Notes: generated from the sequence alone by a model not told the origin. A stretch of DNA of 64,000 nucleotides from Gaiellales bacterium (GCA_045806525.1 JBJMJD010000087.1:22814-86813); one strand, 5' to 3'. Shown: positions 27,823 to 36,772, counted from the first letter of the stretch. Numbers and translations are program-made.

Positions 27823-28694
27823 GATCGCGTCACTCCCTCCTGTGCCGCTCGCTCCGCCTCGTCCTCGGGCATGGCCAGCGCGACGTGCAGCGTGTTGGCC
27901 GAGACCTGCAGCTGGTCGCCCGGCCCGGACAGGTCGACGTCCCAGTCCACCACCGTGTTCGAGAGCCGGCCGAGGCCCGTCACCTCGACCTCGACCACGT
28001 CGCCCGGCTCCATCGGCCGCGAGTGGGCGGGGGTGCCCGAGAGCAGGACGTCGCCGGGCATCAGGGTGATCACACGGCAGAGGTCGGCCAGCAGGTAGGA
28101 GACGGGCCAGATCAGGTCGGCCGCTGAGCCCTGCTGTGCTACCTCGCCGTTCAGATAGGTGCGGATCTCGAAGTCGGTGGGGTCGAACTGGTCGGCGGGC
28201 ACCAGCTCGGGGCCGATCGGGCAGAACCCGTCCTGGCCCTTGACCCGCAGCATCGAGCCGCGGTCGGCGTGGCGGAAGTCGTGCAGGCCGACGTCGTTCG
28301 CGCAGGCATAGCCGGCGACGTGGTCGAGCGCGTCCGCCTCGGGCACGCCCTGCATGGCGCGTCCGATCACGACGGCCAGCTCGCCCTCGTAGTTGAGGAA
28401 GCGGGCGCCCCGCGGGCGGCGCAGCTCGCCGCGGTGGCCGTTCAGGGTGGTGGGCGGCTTCATGAAGTAGGAGGGCTCTGGCGGCGTGCGAGCGGCGTAC
28501 TCCTCGACGCGGCTACGGTAGGTGAGGTGGGTGGCGATGATCTTGGTCGGCTCGACCGGCGCCAGGAAGTGCGCGGTCGCCTCGTCCAGGCGGTCGCCGG
28601 AGGCGAGGACGACGCTGCCGCCGTCCAGCCGGCCCCAGCTGGGAGACCCCTCGACCAGCACCCGAACCCGTCGCTCAGACACGATTGGATACAA
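27819..28694 (-). CDS. Fumarylacetoacetate hydrolase family protein (HpaG-like isomerase/decarboxylase)
   Basis: YEGELAVVIG, VKGQDGFCPIGP, GDVLLSGTP. The ORF-track start 28694 is TTG. GTG 28682 (VSERRVRVLV) is an alternative and could be leaderless. Confidence 0.85.
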   Translation of the reverse strand: MYPIVSERRVRVLVEGSPSWGRLDGGSVVLASGDRLDEATAHFLAPVEPTKIIATHLTYRSRVEEYAARTPPEPSYFMKPPTTLNGHRGELRRPRGARFLNYEGELAVVIGRAMQGVPEADALDHVAGYACANDVGLHDFRHADRGSMLRVKGQDGFCPIGPELVPADQFDPTDFEIRTYLNGEVAQQGSAADLIWPVSYLLADLCRVITLMPGDVLLSGTPAHSRPMEPGDVVEVEVTGLGRLSNTVVDWDVDLSGPGDQLQVSANTLHVALAMPEDEAERAAQEGVTRS

Positions 28695-28719
28695 TATGCG
28701 CTTTGCTGCTGGACGGCAA
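28691..28719 (-). promoter_or_regulatory. Candidate sigma70-type promoter of the 12-gene operon
   Basis: The minus strand reads TTGCCG(28719-28714)-17 nt-TATTGT(28696-28691). GTG 28682 lies 8 nt after the -10 element. Confidence 0.35.
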
Positions 28720-28761
28720 GCCCGGCTCCCCGGTCTGGTGGACGCGGCTACCTGACCGAGT

Positions 28762-29367
28762 CTATCCCTGCGTCGGGGCGAGCTCGTCGCGCCAGTGGCG
28801 CAGGGCGGCGACGCCGGTTTCGACCTGGTCGCGGGTGAGGTCGTGGCGGGTGACGTTGGGAATGCGCTGCAGCGGGCCGGTCAGCGGGTCCTCGCCCGCG
28901 GCGGCGTTCAGCAGCATGCGCAGCGGCAGGTTGTGGCTGACCACCAGCACCACCGGCCCTGGCAGCCTCAGCACGCGGCGCCACCCCGCCAGGAAACGGG
29001 TGGTGGCGTCGAGTGCGCTCTCGCCTCCGGGGGGTGCCGCGGTCAGTGGGTTGTCGCGAAGCCAGGTCGTGTAGGCGGATACGGGGCCGTCCTCGAACGG
29101 GCCGACGACGATCTCGGCGAGCTGGTCGACGACGTGGGTCGAAACGTGGCGGTCAGCCACGAGCGCCGCCGCGGTCAGGCGTGTTCGCAGGGACGGCGCG
29201 ACGACGAGCGCGTCGATCTGCTCCGACGCGAGTTCGCGGCCAAGGCCGCGGGCGGCGCGCTCACCGGGGGCGGTCAGGCCCACCTCGACGGTCGAGTCGG
29301 GGTTCATACGGCCCTGAGCGCTGTACGGCGTCTCGGCGTGGCGGACGAGGATGAAGCTGTTGACCAT
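28762..29367 (-). CDS. Histidine phosphatase (phosphoglycerate mutase-like) family protein
   Basis: MVNSFILVRHAETPYS (RHxxT motif) ...VVSHNLPLR. ATG 29385 is an alternative start. Confidence 0.75.
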   Translation of the reverse strand: MVNSFILVRHAETPYSAQGRMNPDSTVEVGLTAPGERAARGLGRELASEQIDALVVAPSLRTRLTAAALVADRHVSTHVVDQLAEIVVGPFEDGPVSAYTTWLRDNPLTAAPPGGESALDATTRFLAGWRRVLRLPGPVVLVVSHNLPLRMLLNAAAGEDPLTGPLQRIPNVTRHDLTRDQVETGVAALRHWRDELAPTQG

Positions 29368-29462
29368 GCACTCATCGTGTCGCATGGGTCGGCTGTCCGT
29401 CCAGCGGGGCGTGGCCGGCGCGTGCTGGATATGGTTGGGCGGTGACCGAGCAGGAGGACGAA

Positions 29463-29828
29463 ATGGACCAGGCGACGCGGCACGAGCGCGGCCTCGCGCG
29501 GCTGAAGGAGCTGGGCGACGAGCCCGGCGGGGACGCCTTCATCGAGCGGATGGGCAGCCCGATGGGCGACTGGCTGGTGGACTGGGTGTTCGGCGAGGTG
29601 CATACACGCGACGGGCTGACGGCGCGCGAGCGGGAGCTGATCATCGTGGCGGTGCTGACGGCGATCGGCAGCTCGGACCCCCAGGTCGCAGCGCACATCC
29701 GGGCGCTGCGGGCGATCGACGTGCCCTGGCAGGAGATCGAGGAGACGATCTTGCAGACGGCGCCCTACGCGGGCATCCCGCGGGCGATCAACGCGCTCAA
29801 GGTGCTGCGGACGGAGCAGGGACGATGA
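29463..29828 (+). CDS. Carboxymuconolactone decarboxylase (CMD) family protein
   Basis: ATG 29463 with AGGAGG (29452-29457) 5 nt upstream. LTARERELIIVAVLTAIG...ETILQTAPYAGIPRAINAL. GTG 29442 is an alternative start. Confidence 0.8.
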   Translation: MDQATRHERGLARLKELGDEPGGDAFIERMGSPMGDWLVDWVFGEVHTRDGLTARERELIIVAVLTAIGSSDPQVAAHIRALRAIDVPWQEIEETILQTAPYAGIPRAINALKVLRTEQGR

Positions 29829-30655
29829 GAGCCGTGCGGTTCCTGGATCCGTCGGGCGACGTCAAGCTGGGTCGGCTCGACGGCGAGGTGATCTTCGATG
29901 CGGGGCCGGCCGGGCCGCGCGGGTTCGTGCCCAGCGAGGAGGGGTGGCGGAGGATCGCGGATGCCTCCGGGCTGGCGCATCCGATCGAAGACGTGCGGCT
30001 GCTGCACCCGACCGAGCCGGTGAAGCTGCTGGCGATCGGCCTCAACTACCGCGACCACGCGGAGGAGTCGGAGCTCGAGATCCCGGACGTGCCGGTCGTG
30101 TTTGCCAAGTGGACAACATGCCTGATCGGACACCGCCAGACGATCGTGGTGCCGCTCGAGGAGACGCGGCCGGACTACGAGGGAGAGGTGGCGGTGGTGC
30201 TGGGGCGCGACGTTTACCGGGCCGACGAGGCGACGGCGCGGGCGGCGGTGGGCGGCATCACGGCCTTCCACGACGTGTCCGGTCGGCGCGCACAGCTGGA
30301 GACGCCGCTGCGGCAGTTCACACTGGGCAAGAGCTTCGACACGTTCGGGCCGATGGGGCCGTGCGTGGCGTCGGCCGAGGGCCTCGACCTGGCCGATATC
30401 GACGTCTCGACGAAGGTGAACGGTGAGCAGCGGCAGTCGTCCAACACGCGCAACCTGATCTTCTCGGTGGTGGAGCTGATCGTCTACCTGTCGCGGGGCA
30501 TGGCGCTGCAGGCAGGCGACGTGCTGGTCACGGGCACGCCGGCCGGGGTCGGCGACTCGAGGGTGCCGCCGGTGTACCTGCAGGAGGGCGACGTGGTCGA
30601 CGTCACCGTGGACGGGGTGGGGACGCTCTCGAACCCGGTCACGCTCGAGCGCTGA
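29825..30655 (+). CDS. Fumarylacetoacetate hydrolase family protein
   Basis: ATG 29825 (ATGA overlap with the CMD stop). YEGEVAVVLG, LGKSFDTFGPMGP, GDVLVTGTPAGVG. Confidence 0.85.
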   Translation: MRAVRFLDPSGDVKLGRLDGEVIFDAGPAGPRGFVPSEEGWRRIADASGLAHPIEDVRLLHPTEPVKLLAIGLNYRDHAEESELEIPDVPVVFAKWTTCLIGHRQTIVVPLEETRPDYEGEVAVVLGRDVYRADEATARAAVGGITAFHDVSGRRAQLETPLRQFTLGKSFDTFGPMGPCVASAEGLDLADIDVSTKVNGEQRQSSNTRNLIFSVVELIVYLSRGMALQAGDVLVTGTPAGVGDSRVPPVYLQEGDVVDVTVDGVGTLSNPVTLER

Positions 30656-30804
30656 GCTCAGGGGTCAGAGCACGCGTTGCCACTTCAGGACACTGTCTCG
30701 ACAGGTGTCACAGCCACCGTAACCATGATCTGTGGGGAACAGCCAGTTCGGCTTCGAACCGGGCTCAGAGCCCGATCGGGCCCCCGGCAGCGGTTCGGCG
30801 CAGC

Positions 30805-30836
30805 ATCGTCGCGTGTCGTGACGAGGCCGTGATGCG
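30805..30836 (+). repeat. Copy B of the 32-nt intergenic element
   Basis: atcgtcgcgtgtcgtgacgaggccgtgatgcg, flanked by CGGC(30796-30799)/GCCG(30826-30829). It lies in a convergent intergenic region, as copy A does. Confidence 0.45.
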
Positions 30837-30848
30837 GCCCGGCGGCCT

Positions 30849-32447
30849 TCAGGCGCGGAAGACGGGACGGCCGTCGACCACCGTCAGTAGCACCGGCAGG
30901 TCGACCAGGTCGTCCGCGTCGCAGTCGACCGGGTCGCCCGCGAAGCCCGTCAGGTCGCCGCGGAAGCCCGGCATGATCCGCCCGGCGACCGCCGTGTCGT
31001 TGACCGCCAGCGCGGCCTGGGTCGTGTAGCCCTCGAGCGCCTCCAGAGCGGACAGCCGCTGGTGCTCGCCGTAGCCGTCGGCGCCGCGGTTGCCCGGGCG
31101 CCGTCGCAGCCGCGCCCAGGCCATGCACTCGCGCGGGTCAAAGCCCGCCACCGGCCAGTCGGAGCCCAACGCCAGCACCGCGCCCGATCGCCGTAACTCG
31201 GCCGTCCGGAAGCCGCGGCCCGCGCGCTCCCGCCCCAGCGACCGGCTCCACGGATCGCTCAGATCCGGATTCATCCACTGCAGGTGGCTCACCTGCTGCG
31301 AAGCCACGACCCGCTCCGGTGCGAACCGCGGCAGCTGGTCGTCCTGCAGCGTCTCGATGTGCTCGACGCGGTGCGGCCCGCGCACGACCGGCCCGGCCCG
31401 CCGGTAGGCGTCGAGGGCGCAGCGCACGCTGCGATCGCCGATGGCGTGCGTGATCGACGGCATCCCAGCCTCGGCGAAGCGCGCGATCACGGCGGCGTAG
31501 CGCTCAGGATCCGGCCAGTTCGGCTCCCTGCCGCGTCCCTCGCTGTCAGGCTCTTCGAGCCACGCGGTGCCAGACTCGACAACGCCGTCGATGAAGAACT
31601 TCGCCCAGCCCGACCGCCACAGCCGCCCCGACTGCGCGCCGGCCGCGATGGCCGCGCCGATCTCGTCGTCGCCGAACGTCGGCTGCACCGTGAACGGCAC
31701 GACCTGCCGCACCGTCAGCCGGCCGCTCTGCTCCAGCGCCCGGCAGTCGTCGGGCGTGGCCAGCGTGCCGTCCATCATGTGCGAGGCTGTGAGGCCGACC
31801 GTGTTCATCGCCGCCAGCCCCTCCGCGATGTAGGCCAGCCGCTGCTCGTCGCCCGGCACCGGCATCGCCTCCACCACCAGCCCGATCGCCTCCTCGCGCA
31901 GCTCGCCCGTGGGCCGGCCGTCCGGGCGGCACACGATCTCGGACGCGTCATCGAAGCTGCGCGCGCCCGTGATGCCGGCCGCGGCCAGAGCAGGCGGCGT
32001 CGCCAGCGCGGTATGGAAATCGAAGAACGTGAGCAGCGCCGGGTTACCGCCGACCGCCTCCTCGAACAGCTCACCGCTGGCCTCGATCCCGTCGAACACC
32101 CGGTACTCGAGCGAGAACCCGGTCACCCAGTCGCCATCGCCGCAGTGGCGCCGCTCGGCCGCCAGCCGCTCGCGCACCTCGTCCACCGTGGCCGCGCCGG
32201 CCAGGTCGGCCCCGCGCGTCTCCAGCGCGCCCATGAACGGATGCATGTGGCTGTCCGTCAGCCCCGGCACCAGCACCATCTGCGCGCCGTCGATCAGCTC
32301 CGCGCCCGGCCCGCTCGCGCTGCGCACCTCGTCATCGTCGCCGACCGCGACGATCACGCCGTCCCGGATCGCCACCGCGCTCGCCCACGGCTGGTCGGGA
32401 TCGAGCGTGCGGATCCGTGCACCGAGGATCGCGACCGATCCCATCAC
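30849..32447 (-). CDS. Amidohydrolase-3 (YtcJ-like) metal-dependent hydrolase
   Basis: 532 aa. PGLTDSHMHP metal motif, ITHAIGD, LGSDWPV. Confidence 0.85.
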   Translation of the reverse strand: MMGSVAILGARIRTLDPDQPWASAVAIRDGVIVAVGDDDEVRSASGPGAELIDGAQMVLVPGLTDSHMHPFMGALETRGADLAGAATVDEVRERLAAERRHCGDGDWVTGFSLEYRVFDGIEASGELFEEAVGGNPALLTFFDFHTALATPPALAAAGITGARSFDDASEIVCRPDGRPTGELREEAIGLVVEAMPVPGDEQRLAYIAEGLAAMNTVGLTASHMMDGTLATPDDCRALEQSGRLTVRQVVPFTVQPTFGDDEIGAAIAAGAQSGRLWRSGWAKFFIDGVVESGTAWLEEPDSEGRGREPNWPDPERYAAVIARFAEAGMPSITHAIGDRSVRCALDAYRRAGPVVRGPHRVEHIETLQDDQLPRFAPERVVASQQVSHLQWMNPDLSDPWSRSLGRERAGRGFRTAELRRSGAVLALGSDWPVAGFDPRECMAWARLRRRPGNRGADGYGEHQRLSALEALEGYTTQAALAVNDTAVAGRIMPGFRGDLTGFAGDPVDCDADDLVDLPVLLTVVDGRPVFRA

Positions 32448-33127
32448 TGGGCCGGACCCACCGGCGGATGAGCGGCCACGTGCGTGCGGGTGAGGTGCTC
32501 CGCCAGGCCCGCGTCACCCGCGGCGACCGCATCGGTGATGCGCTCGTGCTCCTCTGCCCAGGCCAGGGTCCCGGCAGGCTCCTCCGCCTGCGCCTCATAG
32601 ATCGGTACGCCGATGCGCGGCACCCAAAGCATCTCGGCGAACCGCGTCAGGTGGGGGTTGCCGGACGCCGCGGCCAGGGCCAGATGGAACTCGCGGTTGG
32701 CCGCGTAGCCGGCCTCCCGGTCGTCTTGGGAAGCGCGCTGGGCCGCGATCGCCCGGCGCAGCCGCGCGATCGCATCCGCATCCCGGCGCTCTGCCGCCAG
32801 CCGCGCGGCGCCGGGCTCCAGCGCGACTCTCGCCGCCCACGCGTGACGCATGTCGCCGAAGTCGAGCTCCGACACGGTGGCGCCGCGGTTGGGGGAGAAC
32901 TCGACCAGCCCTTCCGTTGAGAGTCGGCGCAGCGCCTCCCGCAGCGGCGTACGTGACACGCCAAGTTCCTCGGCCAGCGAGGCCTGCCGCAAACGCGTTC
33001 CGCGAGGGAGATCTCCAGCAAGAATGCGCTCCCGCAGGGCGGCATAGACGTGGTCGACCACACTCTCGATGAGCAGCGGGACAACGTTGGCAGGCGACTC
33101 CGGTACGGCCATGGTCTTTGCATACAT
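32444..33127 (-). CDS. GntR-family (FadR/FCD-type) transcriptional regulator
   Basis: Winged HTH LRQASLAEELGVSRTPLREALRRLSTEGLVE plus a helical FCD domain. ATGA overlap with the amidohydrolase start. ATG 33112 is an alternative start. Confidence 0.8.
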   Translation of the reverse strand: MYAKTMAVPESPANVVPLLIESVVDHVYAALRERILAGDLPRGTRLRQASLAEELGVSRTPLREALRRLSTEGLVEFSPNRGATVSELDFGDMRHAWAARVALEPGAARLAAERRDADAIARLRRAIAAQRASQDDREAGYAANREFHLALAAASGNPHLTRFAEMLWVPRIGVPIYEAQAEEPAGTLAWAEEHERITDAVAAGDAGLAEHLTRTHVAAHPPVGPAQ

Positions 33128-33136
33128 TACGCCGTC

Positions 33137-33150
33137 TGATTCGCGAATCA
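33137..33150. promoter_or_regulatory. Perfect 14-bp palindrome TGATTCGCGAATCA (candidate GntR operator)
   Basis: Self-complementary over all 14 nt. Located in the 100-bp divergent region between the GntR gene and the APC permease gene. Confidence 0.4.
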
Positions 33151-33227
33151 AAGCGAGGTTTCCGCGCTTGACGGCGGCAGAGTACCGTGCGAATGTATCC
33201 AAGTTGTCTTCAACCGAGGAGGGAGTC

Positions 33228-34736
33228 ATGTCACAGGCCGCACCTGCGCCGGCCACGGGAGGCGAACTCGGTGAGCGACGCTTGGGCACCATCCACGCCG
33301 TTGCACAGGCCCTCGCAATCGGGCCGATGTTCTCGACGGCGGTCGTCCTGGGCTTCGTGTCTGCTCCGGTCACGGGCGCTGGGTTTAACACGGCACTCGC
33401 CGTGCTGGTCGCCGGTCTCGGCGTGCTCGCGATCGCATATGCGATCTCGCTGTTCGCCCGCCAGTACCAGGGCGCCGGGGCCGTGTACGAGTACCTGGTA
33501 CGGGGCGCACATCCGGCGATCGGCATCCTCACCGCGGGCGTTTTCTTCATGGGCACGCTGTTCCTGGGCGGCGGCGGCATCTACCTGGGACTTGGCATCC
33601 TCACCAACCAGTTCTGGACAGAGCACATCACGACCTCGACCGTGCCGGCGTGGTGGCTGCTGTCGCTGCTGTTCCTGGCGCTGGTCGTCGCGCTGAACTA
33701 CATCGGCGTGCGGATCGCGATCGGGGCGATGCTCACGTTCGCAGCCCTCTCGTTCACGCCGATGCTGATCCTGGCGGTTGCGATCATCGTCCAGGCCGAC
33801 AACACGCTTTCGGTCTTCAACCCCAGCACCACGTCGGTGCACACCGTGTTCAACGGCGTAATGCTGGGCATCCTGCTGTTCGTCGGCTTCGAGGCGGCGG
33901 CATCGTTGGGCGAGGAGAGCCACGATCCCGCCAGGTCGATCCCGCGCGCGCTGATCGGAACGGTCGCCGCCTCCGCGGCCTTCTACGTCGTGATGTCCTA
34001 CGCGATCTCGATCGGGCTGGGCAAGGCGGCGGTCGACAAGGGCGCCTGGCTCGATCCGACGGCGCTGGACAGCCTCGCCACCCAGTACATCGGAAAGTGG
34101 TTCGCCACCATCATCGACCTGGTCGTGATCCTGGATGCCACCGCCCTGGCGCTGGCCATCTGCGTCACCATCGGCCGCGGCTACTTCGCACTGGGCCGCG
34201 ACGGCCTGCTGCCGTCGTTCTTCGCGAAGACGTCGCGTCACAACACCCCATGGGTGGGGAACCTGGTGGTCGTGTTCGGCGCCGGCCTCCTGATCCTGGT
34301 CGGCCTCTACAGCCACACGCTCGACCGGTTCGGCCTGCCCCGCAATTTCGCGGCCTTCTTCGTGGCCGCGACCGCCGGTTCGTTTGCGGTCGAGCTCGTT
34401 TACCTGATCCTGGCGGTGGCGGCGATCGGGCTGCTGGTGCGAACGAAGGCGCTCTGGTGGCAGTATCTGATCGTGCTGGTCGCCGTCGCCACGCCGGTGC
34501 TCGGCTTCTACGGGGCGCTCAACCCCGATCCGCACAGCACGCTGAACCTGAACTGGTTGGCGCTGTACTGGGCACTGGGAGTGGTGGTGGTGGCAGTGGT
34601 CTGGTTCGGGGCGGTTCGCATCATGCGCCCCACACAGGTGGCCAACGCGGCCTCCTACGCCGCGCAACACCACGGGGTCGCGCCGCTGGACGAGAACCTC
34701 GACTTCACTCCGGCTCCCCCGGACACGACCATCTGA
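33228..34736 (+). CDS. APC-family amino acid/amine permease
   Basis: ATG 33228 with GAGGAGGGAG upstream. About 12 hydrophobic helices. APC-type N-terminal region: LGTIHAVAQALAIGPMFS. Confidence 0.85.
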   Translation: MSQAAPAPATGGELGERRLGTIHAVAQALAIGPMFSTAVVLGFVSAPVTGAGFNTALAVLVAGLGVLAIAYAISLFARQYQGAGAVYEYLVRGAHPAIGILTAGVFFMGTLFLGGGGIYLGLGILTNQFWTEHITTSTVPAWWLLSLLFLALVVALNYIGVRIAIGAMLTFAALSFTPMLILAVAIIVQADNTLSVFNPSTTSVHTVFNGVMLGILLFVGFEAAASLGEESHDPARSIPRALIGTVAASAAFYVVMSYAISIGLGKAAVDKGAWLDPTALDSLATQYIGKWFATIIDLVVILDATALALAICVTIGRGYFALGRDGLLPSFFAKTSRHNTPWVGNLVVVFGAGLLILVGLYSHTLDRFGLPRNFAAFFVAATAGSFAVELVYLILAVAAIGLLVRTKALWWQYLIVLVAVATPVLGFYGALNPDPHSTLNLNWLALYWALGVVVVAVVWFGAVRIMRPTQVANAASYAAQHHGVAPLDENLDFTPAPPDTTI

Positions 34737-34747
34737 TCCACCGTATC

Positions 34748-34781
34748 GCGTCGCCCGCCGAAACACCTCGGCGGGCGACGC
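34748..34781. terminator. Bidirectional GC-rich hairpin between convergent genes
   Basis: GCGTCGCCCGCCGA(34748-34761)-aacacc-TCGGCGGGCGACGC(34768-34781). Perfect 14-bp stem with no clear U-tract. Confidence 0.55.
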
Positions 34782-34799
34782 TGTGCTACAGCCGACCGG

Positions 34800-36062
34800 C
34801 TACACGCCGGTAGCCACCGACACGCCTGACAGCGTCTCGGCGAACACCTCGGCGATGCGGCCGATCTCGGCCTCGTCGATCACGAACGCGGGCGACACCT
34901 GCAGCGAATGCCCGGCCAGGCCGCGTGTCAGCACGCCCCGCTCGCGGCAGCCCTTCACGATGCGGTCGACAAGCCCGGGTTCGGCAGCGCGCGCCTCCGG
35001 CGCGATCTCGACGGCGGCCAGCAAGCCGACGCCGCTTCGCACCTCACCCACCTGCGGCAGCTCCGCGAGCGGCCGCATGGCCGCGTCGAGCACCTGCTCC
35101 AGCCGCGAGACGCGCTCCAGCAGCCCCTCGCGCTCGAGCAGGTCGAGGTTGGCGAGCCCGGCCGCGCACACGCTGGGATGGCCCGAGTACGTGTAGCCGT
35201 GGCGGAACAGGGCCGCCCCAGGCGTCGTCCAGAACGGCTCCTGCAGGCGCGGCGAGGCGATCACAGCGCCCAGCGGAAGGTAGCCGGACGTGATGCCCTT
35301 GGCGCAGGTGATCATGTCGGGCGTGATGCCGAAGCGGTGGCAGCCGAACCAGGTGCCGAGCCGGCCGAACCCGCAGATCACCTCGTCGGCGATCAGCAGC
35401 ACGTCGTGGGCACGGCACAGCTCCTGTACCCGTTGCCAGTAGCCGGGCGACGGTGCGTAGATGCCGCCCGCCCCGATCACCGGCTCGCCGATGAAGGCCG
35501 CGATCTGGTCGCCCCGCTCGCGGAACAGGCGCTCCAGCGCGTCGGTGTCGTCGCTGCCGACTGACGCCGTGTCGGGGATCAGTGCGCCGATGCCCTCGCG
35601 GTTGGCGGCGATTCCGGCCAGGCTCGTGCCGTACGCGTTCATGCCGTGGTAGCTGCGCTCGCGGTGCACGATGGTGCGCTTGTCCGGCCTGCCGAGCGCG
35701 TGCCAGTAGCGCAGCGCCAGCTTGCCGGCCGTGTCGACCGCGTCCGAGCCGCCGCTGGTGAAGAACACGGCTCCGTCCGCGAATGGGGCCAGGGCCGCCA
35801 CGCGCTCGGCCAGCTCGATCGCCGGGCGGTTGGCGGTGCTGGCGAAGATGTCGTACACCGCCAGTTCGCGCATCTGTGCCGAGACGGCATCGGCGATCTC
35901 ACCGCGGCCATGGCCGATCGAGCAGTACCAGAGGCCACCCTTGGCGTCGATGTACTCGCGCCCGGCCTCGTCCCAAACGCGGGCACCGCTGCCCCGGCTG
36001 ACCACGAACTCATCGTCCTTAACGCTCGCCATGTCGGCGAACGGGTGCCAGAGGCTGCTCAT
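34800..36062 (-). CDS. Class III (omega) aminotransferase
   Basis: 420 aa. FTSGGSDAVDTAGK, DEVICGFGRLG, TCAKGITSGYLPLG (PLP Lys). Confidence 0.9.
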   Translation of the reverse strand: MSSLWHPFADMASVKDDEFVVSRGSGARVWDEAGREYIDAKGGLWYCSIGHGRGEIADAVSAQMRELAVYDIFASTANRPAIELAERVAALAPFADGAVFFTSGGSDAVDTAGKLALRYWHALGRPDKRTIVHRERSYHGMNAYGTSLAGIAANREGIGALIPDTASVGSDDTDALERLFRERGDQIAAFIGEPVIGAGGIYAPSPGYWQRVQELCRAHDVLLIADEVICGFGRLGTWFGCHRFGITPDMITCAKGITSGYLPLGAVIASPRLQEPFWTTPGAALFRHGYTYSGHPSVCAAGLANLDLLEREGLLERVSRLEQVLDAAMRPLAELPQVGEVRSGVGLLAAVEIAPEARAAEPGLVDRIVKGCRERGVLTRGLAGHSLQVSPAFVIDEAEIGRIAEVFAETLSGVSVATGV

Positions 36063-36772
36063 GACGTGGACGATACCAACGCCTGGAACAGGCTCGCGCC
36101 GGTGCCCTCGGCGTCGGCGTCGGGGTGCCAGAGCACGCCCACGCAGAAGCGGCGACCGGGGTCCTCGAGGCCCTCCACGGTGCCGTCCGGGTCGGCCTGA
36201 GCGGCCGCGACCAGGCCCTCCCCGATGCGGTCGATGCCCTGGTGGTGGTGCGAGTGCACGGTGGCCCGCTCGCCCACGATCTCCCGAAGCCTGCTGCCCG
36301 GCAGGGTGACCACGTCGTGCACGCCGTAAGTGGAGTCGTCCTTGCGGTGGGGCCGCTGGTCGATATGGTCGGCCAGGTGCTGGATCAGCGTGCCGCCGCG
36401 GGCCACGTTCAGCACCTGGATACCGCGGCAGATGGCGAGCACCGGCAGGTCGCGGTCGAGCGCCCGCCGCATCAGCGACAGCTCGACCGCGTCACGGCGC
36501 TCGTTGCGGGGGCCGGTGCGGGGGTCGCGCTCGGCGCCGTACAGCTCCGGGGCGACGTCGTCGCCGCCGACGAACACGATGCCGTCCAGCAGGTCGAGCA
36601 CGTCATCGGGGTCGTCCGCCAGGTACGGGTCGGCCGGGATCACCAGCGGGCGGCCGCCGGCCAGGCGCGTGCCCTCGACGTAGCCGTGGAACGTGACCGT
36701 CGCCCGGCCCGACCACTTGCCCAGCTGGACCGGCGCCCAGTAGCTCGTGATGCCGATGGTGGGGCGGCTCAA
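36059..36772 (-). CDS. Gamma-glutamyl-amide hydrolase, PuuD-like (peptidase C26 / class I GATase)
   Basis: LAICRGIQVLNVARGG (nucleophile Cys), HSHHHQG, VLWHPD. ATGA overlaps on both sides. Confidence 0.85.
   Translation of the reverse strand: MSRPTIGITSYWAPVQLGKWSGRATVTFHGYVEGTRLAGGRPLVIPADPYLADDPDDVLDLLDGIVFVGGDDVAPELYGAERDPRTGPRNERRDAVELSLMRRALDRDLPVLAICRGIQVLNVARGGTLIQHLADHIDQRPHRKDDSTYGVHDVVTLPGSRLREIVGERATVHSHHHQGIDRIGEGLVAAAQADPDGTVEGLEDPGRRFCVGVLWHPDADAEGTGASLFQALVSSTS

Noticed and set aside
30735-30790. tRNA-like TTCGAACC string (ggcttcgaaccgggc)
   Set aside because: I could not draw acceptor, D or anticodon stems around it. It is only a 3-bp T-stem look-alike.
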